Assembly (NCBI GenBank): GCA_963755715.1
Contig: CAVWLW010000051.1
Location: forward strand, 56,240 to 120,239
DNA from: an uncultured delta proteobacterium
GTDB lineage: Bacteria > Desulfobacterota > Binatia > UBA9968
Reading direction: 5' to 3'
Length of the DNA: 64,000 nucleotides
Shown here: positions 53,269-61,568 of the stretch, one piece after another
How positions within the stretch are numbered: the stretch's first letter is position 1
How the letters are laid out: each line of letters starts with the position of its first letter
Position numbers and translations under genes: made by a program
Notes under the pieces: model-generated
Database searches by the model: none
Told to the model about the DNA's origin: nothing
Seen by the model: only the letters and a program-made list of their open reading frames with translations

Positions 53269-53559
53269 ATGACCGATCAGAAAGAACCGATCCTCGACTT
53301 TGAAACAGAGCGAAGCCTAAACGCTAAGTGTTTAGTGTTGGAGATGCCGGGGCAAACTTGGCATGTCCCGTTCAACTCTCTGCAGGGGATCCCGCGGGTG
53401 GGGGAAAAAATTCGCTTTGCCGGTGGCAGCTCAGGCAAAGTCGCCGAAGTCGAGTATGAATTCGCGCCTGAGGAGGCGGCACCGTTCGAAGTGGCCAGGG
53501 AAATGCCCGCCGCCGCGTCATACGCGCGACCCGTCCGAATTGTGATCAGACTGTCGTGA
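53269..53559 (+). CDS. Hypothetical protein
   Basis: RBS GGGAGG; IPRVGEKI...VAEVEYEF. Confidence 0.7.
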   Translation: MTDQKEPILDFETERSLNAKCLVLEMPGQTWHVPFNSLQGIPRVGEKIRFAGGSSGKVAEVEYEFAPEEAAPFEVAREMPAAASYARPVRIVIRLS

Positions 53560-53804
53560 TGGGTACGGCCGGCTCATTTCTGAGCCCGAAGCAATTGGAG
53601 TGCGCCAGTGCTCACATTTGCCATTTCGGCCGGCGACGCGTTCGAAGCGCCCAGTTGGCGGGCAATTCTTCCTGAGTTGGTTATAAAGATGATCTGGCGA
53701 CTGCATCGGCCATCGGCGGATTGAATTCAACCTGGCATGTACTCGCTCAAAAACAGAAACCTAATGGGAGACCCCTAATCCTTGCTTGAACGGAACAACG
53801 CCAA

Positions 53805-54834
53805 CAAAGGGGTCAAGTCCGCTTTTTGCTTTTTGTTAAGGCTTCTTCAATCTTCCGAACTCTTTGCTGAAGCGGCTTCTCCTTCGCCACTCGCTCCTTC
53901 ATCAGCAAATAGGCCGAGCTCACCGACGACGTTTTCCCTAGTCCAACCGTTTTGCCGATCTCTTCATGCCTGTGACCGCCCAATTGCCGGCCGAGATAAA
54001 TCGCTACCATCCGTGCCTCGTTCTCCCGGCCTCTCTTTCGCCGCTTCAACTCCTGGACCGCCTTCCCATATCCCCGTGCCATCGCCTCTACGATCTCGTC
54101 GAGAGGCGGGCTAAAAGCCGCCTCGATTCGGGCTTCTCCTCGTCCACCCGGGCCTTTTTTCCCAGCCGTTGTTTACCCTTCCCATGAATTCCTTGCTTCC
54201 CAATACCGGTTTCAGGTACGGGCCCTGGTAAAACTCCTCAATCTCTTCTTCGATCTCTTCATGCATGAATCTCTGATATTCTTTAAACCCACCGAACTGT
54301 GACATGACCGAGCGCGTATCAAGCCAGTCGGGGCATTGTTTTTTGTCCCCAATGACTGCTCCAACGGTAGCGGTCTATATTCGATACCACGCCGCCGCCC
54401 AGAGGGTTTTTGTGAATATAGCGGACCACCGATAGAAAATATCTTCCGCATCAATGAGAATCGCTTTGTACCGGCCACGAAACAGCGGTCCGTCGCGATG
54501 ATGGACTCGGTTAAACTTCTGGGTATAGATCCCATCGAGATGGCGCATCGGCCGGGCAAGACCTGCCGTCGGGGTCGACAGCAGGAGATGGTAGTGGTTA
54601 TCCATCAAGCAATAGGCATAGATCTCAACCTTCCACAGCCGGGCCATGTCGGCGAGCAGGTCGAGAAAAGTCTGCCGTCCTTTGTCTTCGATGAAGATAT
54701 TACGGCGGGATTGGCCCCGGTTCATGACGTGATAGTACGCGCCGGGGTATTCGATCCGTAACGGTCTGGCCATGCCGACCTTCTATTTCATCTAAATCTC
54801 GTATCAATAGCTAAAAGCGGACTTGACCCCTTTG
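53805..54834 (-). mobile_element. RAYT/HUH (Y1) transposase element bounded by 26-bp inverted repeats
   Basis: Left CAAAGGGGTCAAGTCCGCTTTTTGCT (53805-53830) versus the reverse complement of 54809-54834, 25/26 identical. Confidence 0.85.
53813..54773 (-). CDS. REP-associated tyrosine transposase with C-terminal DnaA-like HTH, several frameshifts
   Basis: MARPLRIEYPGAYYHVMNRG, MDNHYHLL, LFRGRYKA, RYIHKNP, YRWSS, ARMVAIYL...EIGK. Confidence 0.88.
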
Positions 54835-54976
54835 GCGACCCCTGATCCGCGCCGCTGATATTTCGGCGTTCGATGGTATCTCGACACGTCGCGGCTCTTA
54901 ACAAATATCTCTTAGTCACTGCCGGGTAACTTGAAATTCATCCTGTATCAGGCAGTTACGGCAGGATGCCTCCGGC

Positions 54977-54991
54977 TGGTACGGACGTTGC
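54977..54991 (+). promoter_or_regulatory. Sigma-54-like promoter
   Basis: TGGTAC-GGACG-TTGC about 40 nt before the 55032 ATG. Confidence 0.6.
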
Positions 54992-55031
54992 GCTATCAGT
55001 TGTCAGGATGCAAAGAAGGGAGGTGAGAAAT

Positions 55032-55334
55032 ATGAAAATCGCAACATCATTTTTGGCAGCTTTGCTTTTCACAGGCGCACTGGGATCAATTAACACCGCA
55101 ATGAGCGCGGATGGCGTTATCTCGAAAGACGAGCTCGCTACAGGTAGTTACTGTCACGAGAAGTTCACACCGATGACGAGACAGACTCTTGATGCCGATA
55201 ACCCGGTCATCAATAACTCCGGCGCTATCATCGACTTCTACGGGCCGTGCGACGAGAGTCCCGTTGGGGAAGATCAAATCCAAGATCAAAAGCTGGAAGC
55301 CCAGCATCATTTTACGAACGATGACGTGTTTTGA
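55032..55334 (+). CDS. Small secreted protein with one Cys pair
   Basis: RBS GGAGGTG; signal peptide; SYCHEKF...IIDFYGPCDE. Confidence 0.8.
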   Translation: MKIATSFLAALLFTGALGSINTAMSADGVISKDELATGSYCHEKFTPMTRQTLDADNPVINNSGAIIDFYGPCDESPVGEDQIQDQKLEAQHHFTNDDVF

Positions 55335-55358
55335 TGCTGGTAAACGGCGTGTTGTTAA

Positions 55359-55380
55359 GAGGAGGGCCACGGCCCTCCTC
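55359..55380. terminator. Strong hairpin downstream of the secreted protein
   Basis: GAGGAGGGCC-AC-GGCCCTCCTC perfect inverted repeat. Confidence 0.65.
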
Positions 55381-55522
55381 TACCGCCACCTGCTTCTTAT
55401 TCGCTAACGTAGCTCCGTTCGTGAACGATCCGTCGAGGAAGCTGCGGAGCTGTTTGTTCAAAGCGTCCAGTCAACCAGCTTTCTTGAGCAGTCTATGACG
55501 CAATAATCTAAACGAGTGTCTG

Positions 55523-56008
55523 TCATGACGGGTTGCGCTTTTCATAAAGTTCAAGAAAAAAACTGTAGAACGAGGACACCGGGCGCTCCTCTCTGTGCTC
55601 GTGACGCGATTTATCCCGATATACGAGTGTTATGGAAATAGGTCTTTTGTGCAGCTCTACTAGCTCCGCCTCTTGGGAGTCGAGATATGCGCCTATTGTA
55701 CGAAGGATGTTGGATAGATCGCTAAACTGTATAAGTTGTCCTTGCTTAGAGCGTCGAGCTCGGCCACGTTTTGATAGTTCCTCAACATCCCCTAATTCAA
55801 ATCCGTAGGTTACAAATTCATTGTCGCTATCACGGTGTCCGCGTAGCCAATTCCGTATTGTTGAGTGGAAGGACGGCGTGTGCTCACGCAGGTCTTTGAT
55901 AAAATACCCAGCCCTTGCGTTGTACAATTCAAAACCAGTAACGCCCTTGGCTTCGAGCGATTGGCCGATAGCTCTCAGCTCTTCATCGTATCGCCTGGGA
56001 GCCGCCAT
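55523..56008 (-). CDS. Hypothetical protein with an internal repeat (LRAIGQSLE / LRTIGAYLD)
   Basis: 161-aa ORF with two similar LRxIGxxL segments. Confidence 0.7.
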   Translation of the reverse strand: MAAPRRYDEELRAIGQSLEAKGVTGFELYNARAGYFIKDLREHTPSFHSTIRNWLRGHRDSDNEFVTYGFELGDVEELSKRGRARRSKQGQLIQFSDLSNILRTIGAYLDSQEAELVELHKRPISITLVYRDKSRHEHREERPVSSFYSFFLELYEKRNPS

Positions 56009-56379
56009 AAAGCACTTACCCACCGCTGTCGGAGCGCAATTTCCGGCTGGATGCTCCGGTACATTTTGAGTGGATTGGCTTTCTCTGAAAGCCGCCGCTA
56101 GAACCCAGGTGCCCATGCCAGAATTGAAGCAGGACCAAGCCGGCTTTTCTACGGCTCCTGCGGCTCTATTAATAGCTGCCGTCTTATCCGGGTACACAGC
56201 ATTTCTAATTCTCGCCGAGTTATGCTGATACGAGCCCCCGAGTGCGGGGGCCATTTTTGACTCCCGATTAAATTCTGCTTCAAATTATTTCAAAAACGCG
56301 TCCAATATTGAACAGAACTCTATGCCTACATAGGGGATTGTCTAGAGGACCGAGAGCCCGAGCCTAAAGGAAGGTCCTC

Positions 56380-56568
56380 ATGATGCCCGTAGAGCTCAAA
56401 CTGATTACCGAAAGAACGCACGACCTTATTGCGGCTGCCAACCATACACTTGAGTATGCAAAAATTGTAATCGAGGAATCGAAAAAATTGATTCTTGGCA
56501 TAAATGAAAAACGCCTTCAATTTACGATATCGACTAGCTCCCAAACTTTTCCGGGCCACAAACCCTAG
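56380..56568 (+). CDS. Small helical hypothetical protein
   Basis: RBS AAGGAAGG; amphipathic helix IVIEESKKLI. Confidence 0.45.
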   Translation: MMPVELKLITERTHDLIAAANHTLEYAKIVIEESKKLILGINEKRLQFTISTSSQTFPGHKP

Positions 56569-56588
56569 CCTACAGGGGAGGTTCTGCA

Positions 56589-56792
56589 ATGCCACAACCA
56601 ACAGCGATAAACTTTTGGAAGACGAATCGACGACTACAAGAGGAGTCCCGCATACTGCGCGAAGCTTTTAATTTACAAGCATCAAGAAAACTAATTGCCC
56701 GTGCTAAAGAGACGATGGAGACCATTAAATCACCAAACTCGTTCAGCCATCGCGGAGAACCTTCAGCGCCTCAGCGTCCGACAAAGCCTTGA
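56589..56792 (+). CDS. Small helical hypothetical protein
   Basis: RBS GGGGAGG; LQEESRIL...SRKLIARAKE. Confidence 0.5.
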   Translation: MPQPTAINFWKTNRRLQEESRILREAFNLQASRKLIARAKETMETIKSPNSFSHRGEPSAPQRPTKP

Positions 56793-57111
56793 GCAAATTT
56801 CTTACGCGCCGGATTGCCCACGCCGTCAATTTGCATTGGGTCACAACAAAAAACGCTTTGGCGGTCTTCGCCATCCATTTCGCGAGCTGCCCGACACCGA
56901 TTACCGTGGGCATTTTTGGTAGTCGATAAGACTTATACATTGTGACAACTGACATTGCTGCGTCGCAAATGCGTGGCAAGTCTGGCTCGAAGGGCTCCCG
57001 ATTGACCTGATTCCATTCGCATAAAAAGTTTCAGGCAAAGTTGCCGTCCGCCTTACGAACCTTCAACTACCGCGCGTTGATCAAATCTCTCTAAAGTCCG
57101 ATTGAAACTGA

Positions 57112-57127
57112 AGGCACAATCCGTGCT
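57112..57127 (+). promoter_or_regulatory. Sigma-54-like promoter
   Basis: AGGCAC-AATCC-GTGCT. Confidence 0.5.
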
Positions 57128-57176
57128 CAATCTGTATTTAAGCTAGGGTAAAGAGCATCGCATGCACGGAGGTGAA

Positions 57177-57296
57177 ATGATGAAATTTAGAGAAATGTCG
57201 CTCTGGTATAAGTTATCCATTATCGCCGCTGCTCTTGTCGGTGGCGTAGTGACTCGCTATGCAACACTCGTCATCATGGCCGGGGGTCATTTCTGA
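57177..57296 (+). CDS. 39-aa hydrophobic microprotein (not in the ORF track)
   Basis: RBS GGAGGTG; MMKFREMSLWYKLSIIAAALVGGVVTRYATLVIMAGGHF*. Confidence 0.6.
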   Translation: MMKFREMSLWYKLSIIAAALVGGVVTRYATLVIMAGGHF

Positions 57297-57327
57297 CATC
57301 GAGAGTCTTAGAGTCGACCGAGAAGTG

Positions 57328-57573
57328 ATGAAAAACTCATATATGATTCTGGAAACGGAACTTAGCCCGGCTGAAGTGGACGGGCTGCGCGAAGTTACTC
57401 GTCATGCACCAGCGAAAAGCGGGATTTCGAAAAAAGTGCGCGACCGGTTGGTTACATTTGGTTATATCGAACAAAGGATCGGTCGTCTTACGCCCACTGC
57501 CAAAGGCATTTTGTATTTTGCACGTCACAGAAGAGAACATCTAAGAGTATCTCACCTTAGCCGAAATCACTGA
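57328..57573 (+). CDS. Small winged-helix-like protein
   Basis: RDRLVTFGYIEQRIGRLTPTAKG resembles a wHTH wing. Confidence 0.5.
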   Translation: MKNSYMILETELSPAEVDGLREVTRHAPAKSGISKKVRDRLVTFGYIEQRIGRLTPTAKGILYFARHRREHLRVSHLSRNH

Positions 57574-57611
57574 GGCGCGGGCATTCACCTTTTTTAGCCC
57601 CGGAGAATACA

Positions 57612-58031
57612 CTATCTAACGTTTGAGCTTATCGCTGCAGTTCGTGGAGCGTCAGGTGGTTGGTAGTCTAGATGTCGCTGCATTGCGGCACGAAGCAATT
57701 TCAATGCGAAAGGCTTGTGCATTATTTCGTCCGCCCCGGCGGTGATGGCTCGATCGACAAGCGATCCGTAGGAAAAGGCGGTGGTTACGATCACGGGTAT
57801 GTTTCGTGTCGACGGATCCGCTTTGAGCCGCGCTGTTGCTTGATCTCCCGTCATCGCAGGCATGTCGAGATCCATGATAATTAGATTGGGACGGGTCACG
57901 CGTGCTTGACTTACGGCCTCAAACCCCGTCGCCGCTTCAACACCGTCATAGCCTGATCGTAGGAGAAAGAGCATAATCATTTCTCGATAATCAGCATCAT
58001 CCTCAACAACAAGGATCTTGTTATTGCTCAT
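57612..58031 (-). CDS. Single-domain response regulator (DivK/CheY-like)
   Basis: ILVVEDD, LIIMDLDMP, TTA, HKPF. Confidence 0.92.
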   Translation of the reverse strand: MSNNKILVVEDDADYREMIMLFLLRSGYDGVEAATGFEAVSQARVTRPNLIIMDLDMPAMTGDQATARLKADPSTRNIPVIVTTAFSYGSLVDRAITAGADEIMHKPFALKLLRAAMQRHLDYQPPDAPRTAAISSNVR

Positions 58032-58339
58032 GGTCGTCTCCGCCTGGAGCACAAACGGTGCCGTTTCGAGTTTGGTTTAACACTTTTGGGCATATGAAGG
58101 AGTTGGTTGGCGTCGCTGGGACATTCCACTCCTTCAGGGGAGCGGAAGAGGAACTTGACCAAAAATTTCTATGGCTGCAAAAGAATACATCTCTGCTGAA
58201 GGGTTTCACCTGCGGGCGTGATTAATTGGGGTGCCCGATGTGCGAATCGACGGCCGGTTTTTTTGGTAATGCTAATTAAGCTGAATCCCGTCCGGCCCTA
58301 CGCCTTCCTCTTGCACTTCTACAATCGCCCGCGCAGACA

Positions 58340-58825
58340 TCATTCCGTCAGCGAACCGGGGCTACTCAATTTAAACTTCTTGCTCACCTCTGTATCCTTG
58401 AGTCTCAATAGCCACATAACAAAGCCAACGACCGTTCCGACTCCTGCAACCAACGGACCGTCAAGAAAAATTATTGAAAATGGGCCTTGAGGGCTATTGT
58501 AGTACGCGCTAATTGCAATAACTATTAACGAGGCAATTCCGACACCGCCCAACGCCCACCCCGCTACAGAACACAAAAAGTCGAAAGTTTGCTCTGCCAA
58601 CTTTATTTTTTTCAAAAGCCCCAGAATCAGGAAAACGATAACACTCAACAGAAACGCGACAGGCACGAGAAACAATATTCCCATCCACAAATAATTAATG
58701 ATATCCGGTGAATCAATGTAAAATTCTAACACCAAAGCACGTATGAGAACTGTTGAGAAAATCACTGTGCAACCGATGATTCGTCTTGCTATCATAAACT
58801 CCACCGACGTAACAGTGATTTGCAA
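58340..58825 (-). CDS. Small multi-pass membrane protein; 5' end abuts an IS scar
   Basis: About four hydrophobic segments; AT-rich. Confidence 0.65.
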   Translation of the reverse strand: MQITVTSVEFMIARRIIGCTVIFSTVLIRALVLEFYIDSPDIINYLWMGILFLVPVAFLLSVIVFLILGLLKKIKLAEQTFDFLCSVAGWALGGVGIASLIVIAISAYYNSPQGPFSIIFLDGPLVAGVGTVVGFVMWLLRLKDTEVSKKFKLSSPGSLTE

Positions 58826-58922
58826 TTGTTGCTATAATGCAGTGGCGGAGAGTTTCTTCAACTCACTGAAGAATGAGCTCGTGCATCACCGTAGTTTCAA
58901 GTTTCGTGACGAAGTCAGAGAT
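58824..58922 (+). mobile_element. Remnant of an IS3-family transposase (integrase core C-terminus)
   Basis: NCCYNAVAESFFNSLKNELVHHRSFKFRDEVR matches the IS3 NCxDNAxxESFFxxLKxE motif. Confidence 0.8.
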
Positions 58923-58945
58923 GCTCCTTGTTTCGCTTGTTCGCT

Positions 58946-59331
58946 TCACTCGCTCTTACTCGTGGCACAAAAAATCGTGCCAATACCCAACACCAGCATC
59001 GGACCACTGTAAGCAATAAAATACCATACGATGTCGTGCAAATGCCGATCAGTTTGCATGCTTGCTATGGCAAACAAAAACGATAAAACAGAACCAACAA
59101 TCAACCAAGTATCACCGATCTTTGGCCAGAAATAACTAACAATCACTGCGGGCAGCGTTGACAATGGCCCTGATACAATAAAATTCCACGTCGAGGATGG
59201 CTCATCATTACGGAAAACGAACATTGCTCTCAGTGCCAACCATAGGTGCGTACAACCCAAGACTATTCCCGCCAACAGCAAAATATACTTCAGAAAACGT
59301 TCTATATCTTTACCTTTGACAAAAGTTTCAT
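58946..59331 (-). CDS. Small four-TM membrane protein
   Basis: Four hydrophobic segments; start uncertain (likely frameshift). Confidence 0.65.
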
Positions 59332-59423
59332 CGATCCCCTTCACGGCCTTGCTCGGCGCGGGTTCTTCTTCAATCCGTCGCCGTAACTTCGTGCGTTTCC
59401 GGCTCACCGCTGAACAACTGGAA

Positions 59424-61039
59424 TCAGCATTCGCCAATATATGCTTGTGTTGGCGTACGCTCAAAGCTATAGAACCTTTCCCATGTCTCTCCCGGACTCA
59501 GCATCACGGCAATATCCGCTCGCTACAACGGAATTGTTCAACTCTTGGCCGAGAGTCCCTCGATAAACGATGATTGCCATATACCCATTACCGTAACAGC
59601 AGAGGGCTGGTGGAGCTGTCGTGGGAAAAGGCAGCGAGTCAAACCCGAAGGTAACGGTCTGACGTTCGGCGCTAATCGTGAAGGGAACCTCATTAGAGAC
59701 GACGACTAAGGGCTTCGGCCCCGGAGAAAGCGGTCCGTCTGGTTGCCCAGTGAAAGAATTTCTGTGCAACAAAACCATACGAATCGTTCCGCTACCGGTT
59801 TGTTGCCCTTCTCCAATAATCTTTACGCCTTCTACATCGATCGAGGTTGGTCTCTCTTCCCAGGGAACTAGGACGTACCCAAAGGGTGGATCAGCCGTAT
59901 CGACTTGTCCCCGAAAAAAATAGTCGATCAGTCCAGCGGAATAGCCGATGGCGCGGGGGAAAAGCTTTCTGCCGTAGCCGTCGTGAACATTGTCATCAAG
60001 ACCAAAATCAATGGCGTCGGGCGGGACGGTCGCGTTGGCAAATAGAGCCATCCTGACCGAAACACCCACCCAATAATCGTGCTCGCCAAAACCTTGGCGG
60101 AATCTCGCGTAGCGCCTTTGCGCTCCGCTAGGAGAGGGGCCTATCGGAATTCGACACAGTTGGAGATAAGTTGGATACTGGTAAAACGTCGAGCGAGCAG
60201 TTCCTTTGCTGATGAAGTTGGCATTTGAGTACTCGGCCAATCCAATATTGAAATTTGGGGACAAGACACCAAAGTCGCCATCGCTCTTGTCAATAATCCG
60301 AGCGATAGGAACGGGTGCGAGAGGATTTGGACTCGGTTGATTGAGTATCGACGGATCAAATCGAAGTGCTTGAGTTACACCGTTGATGCGATTCAATCCA
60401 ATCGGACTATCGGCCCAATAGTGGAATGGATCAGCATCGATCTTGAGACCAGAGTAAGGCTCAACGAGATGGCTATCATTGCGGGTATGCGCCGGCACTG
60501 CCGCATCTTGCACTATATGAATGACGTCCGAGTGTTTGAAACAACTCAGCATACCAGGTCTTTCTTAGCTCCTTCGTTGTACTCGTTAATGCGTTAAATA
60601 TGTGTCTCGCGCGTCTTTCCACGAGTGCAGCCCAGCGGAACTTTGCGCCGGATTCTCTTGGCTCCAAACAACTGACGACTGAGGAGTGACTTGGGTGGTA
60701 AAAAGGCCCGCCGAGTCCCATAACCTCGTTGGATCATGAAAGTGGCGCAATGGTCGCGTGCTCTGATCCTCATGCACTGCACCTACGCGAATCTGTCCTT
60801 GTACCGTTCCATCCTGACCACCGTGAAGCAGTTCGTTGATTCCTTGGGAAAACTCAAATCCTAGTACGCTCTTGAGAAATGTATCCAACATTGAGGCATT
60901 TGGTAGTCCTGGGTTGATAGCACGTGTGCTAAGTATCTTGTGCGCGTTATCGTTGAAGCCTTCACTAGTGCCAGGATTGCCAGCCCAAGCGGCTATCGTA
61001 AGAAGTAATCCAATGATCCAATCGGCGTCTTTGGGGCAT
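59424..61039 (-). CDS. Secreted Zn-dependent phospholipase C / P1-S1 nuclease-fold protein, several frameshifts
   Basis: RBS AGGAGGAGG; signal peptide then FNDNAH; HED...RHFHDP; HIVQDAAVPAH; FHYWAD. Confidence 0.7.
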
Positions 61040-61119
61040 CACAATCCTCCTCCTTTAACTGGTCAAATGAGTCGCTGATGTTGAGTATATTCGGGGCAAT
61101 CATACTTACCAAACCTACC

Positions 61120-61495
61120 TTAATGGATTCTTAGGTTACGACCGATCAAAAGGGTCATGAAAAACAAAATGGCTAATAAACACAACCGCCGCGATACGAG
61201 CACGCCGTAGCGGATTCGCATACACTCAAACACGAGGACCGCATCGAGCACCAATGAACGCGAATACAGCGGCTGAAATAATTGCGGCAACCCCGCGCCA
61301 CAGCATCGATTCCTGTGTAGCGACACCCAAAAAATCGATAATAATGCCAATAACGTAGAGGGCGGGTAGCAAAAGCAAAATTTCCCCAACGGTTCCTAAC
61401 ATTGCAAGCCACAGTACAAAAAAGATGCCGGCGCCCCATAGCGCCCCCGAACTCGTCCCTGCAAGTGATTTCGGAACATCAGATTCTTTCGACAC
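61120..61495 (-). CDS. Small multi-pass membrane protein, frameshifted
   Basis: Overlapping hydrophobic ORFs 61226-61495 and 61120-61389; RBS GAGGAG. Confidence 0.6.
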
Positions 61496-61568
61496 GCGTG
61501 ACCTACTCCTCGATTAATTCTAAAGGCGCTAACCATCCTGCGCTGCCACATCCAGGTCGAACCAAAAA

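Noticed and set aside
58048-58063. Minus-strand sigma-54 motif CGGCAC-CGTTT-GTGCT before the response regulator
   Set aside because: The predicted transcription start would fall within the RBS, so the geometry is doubtful
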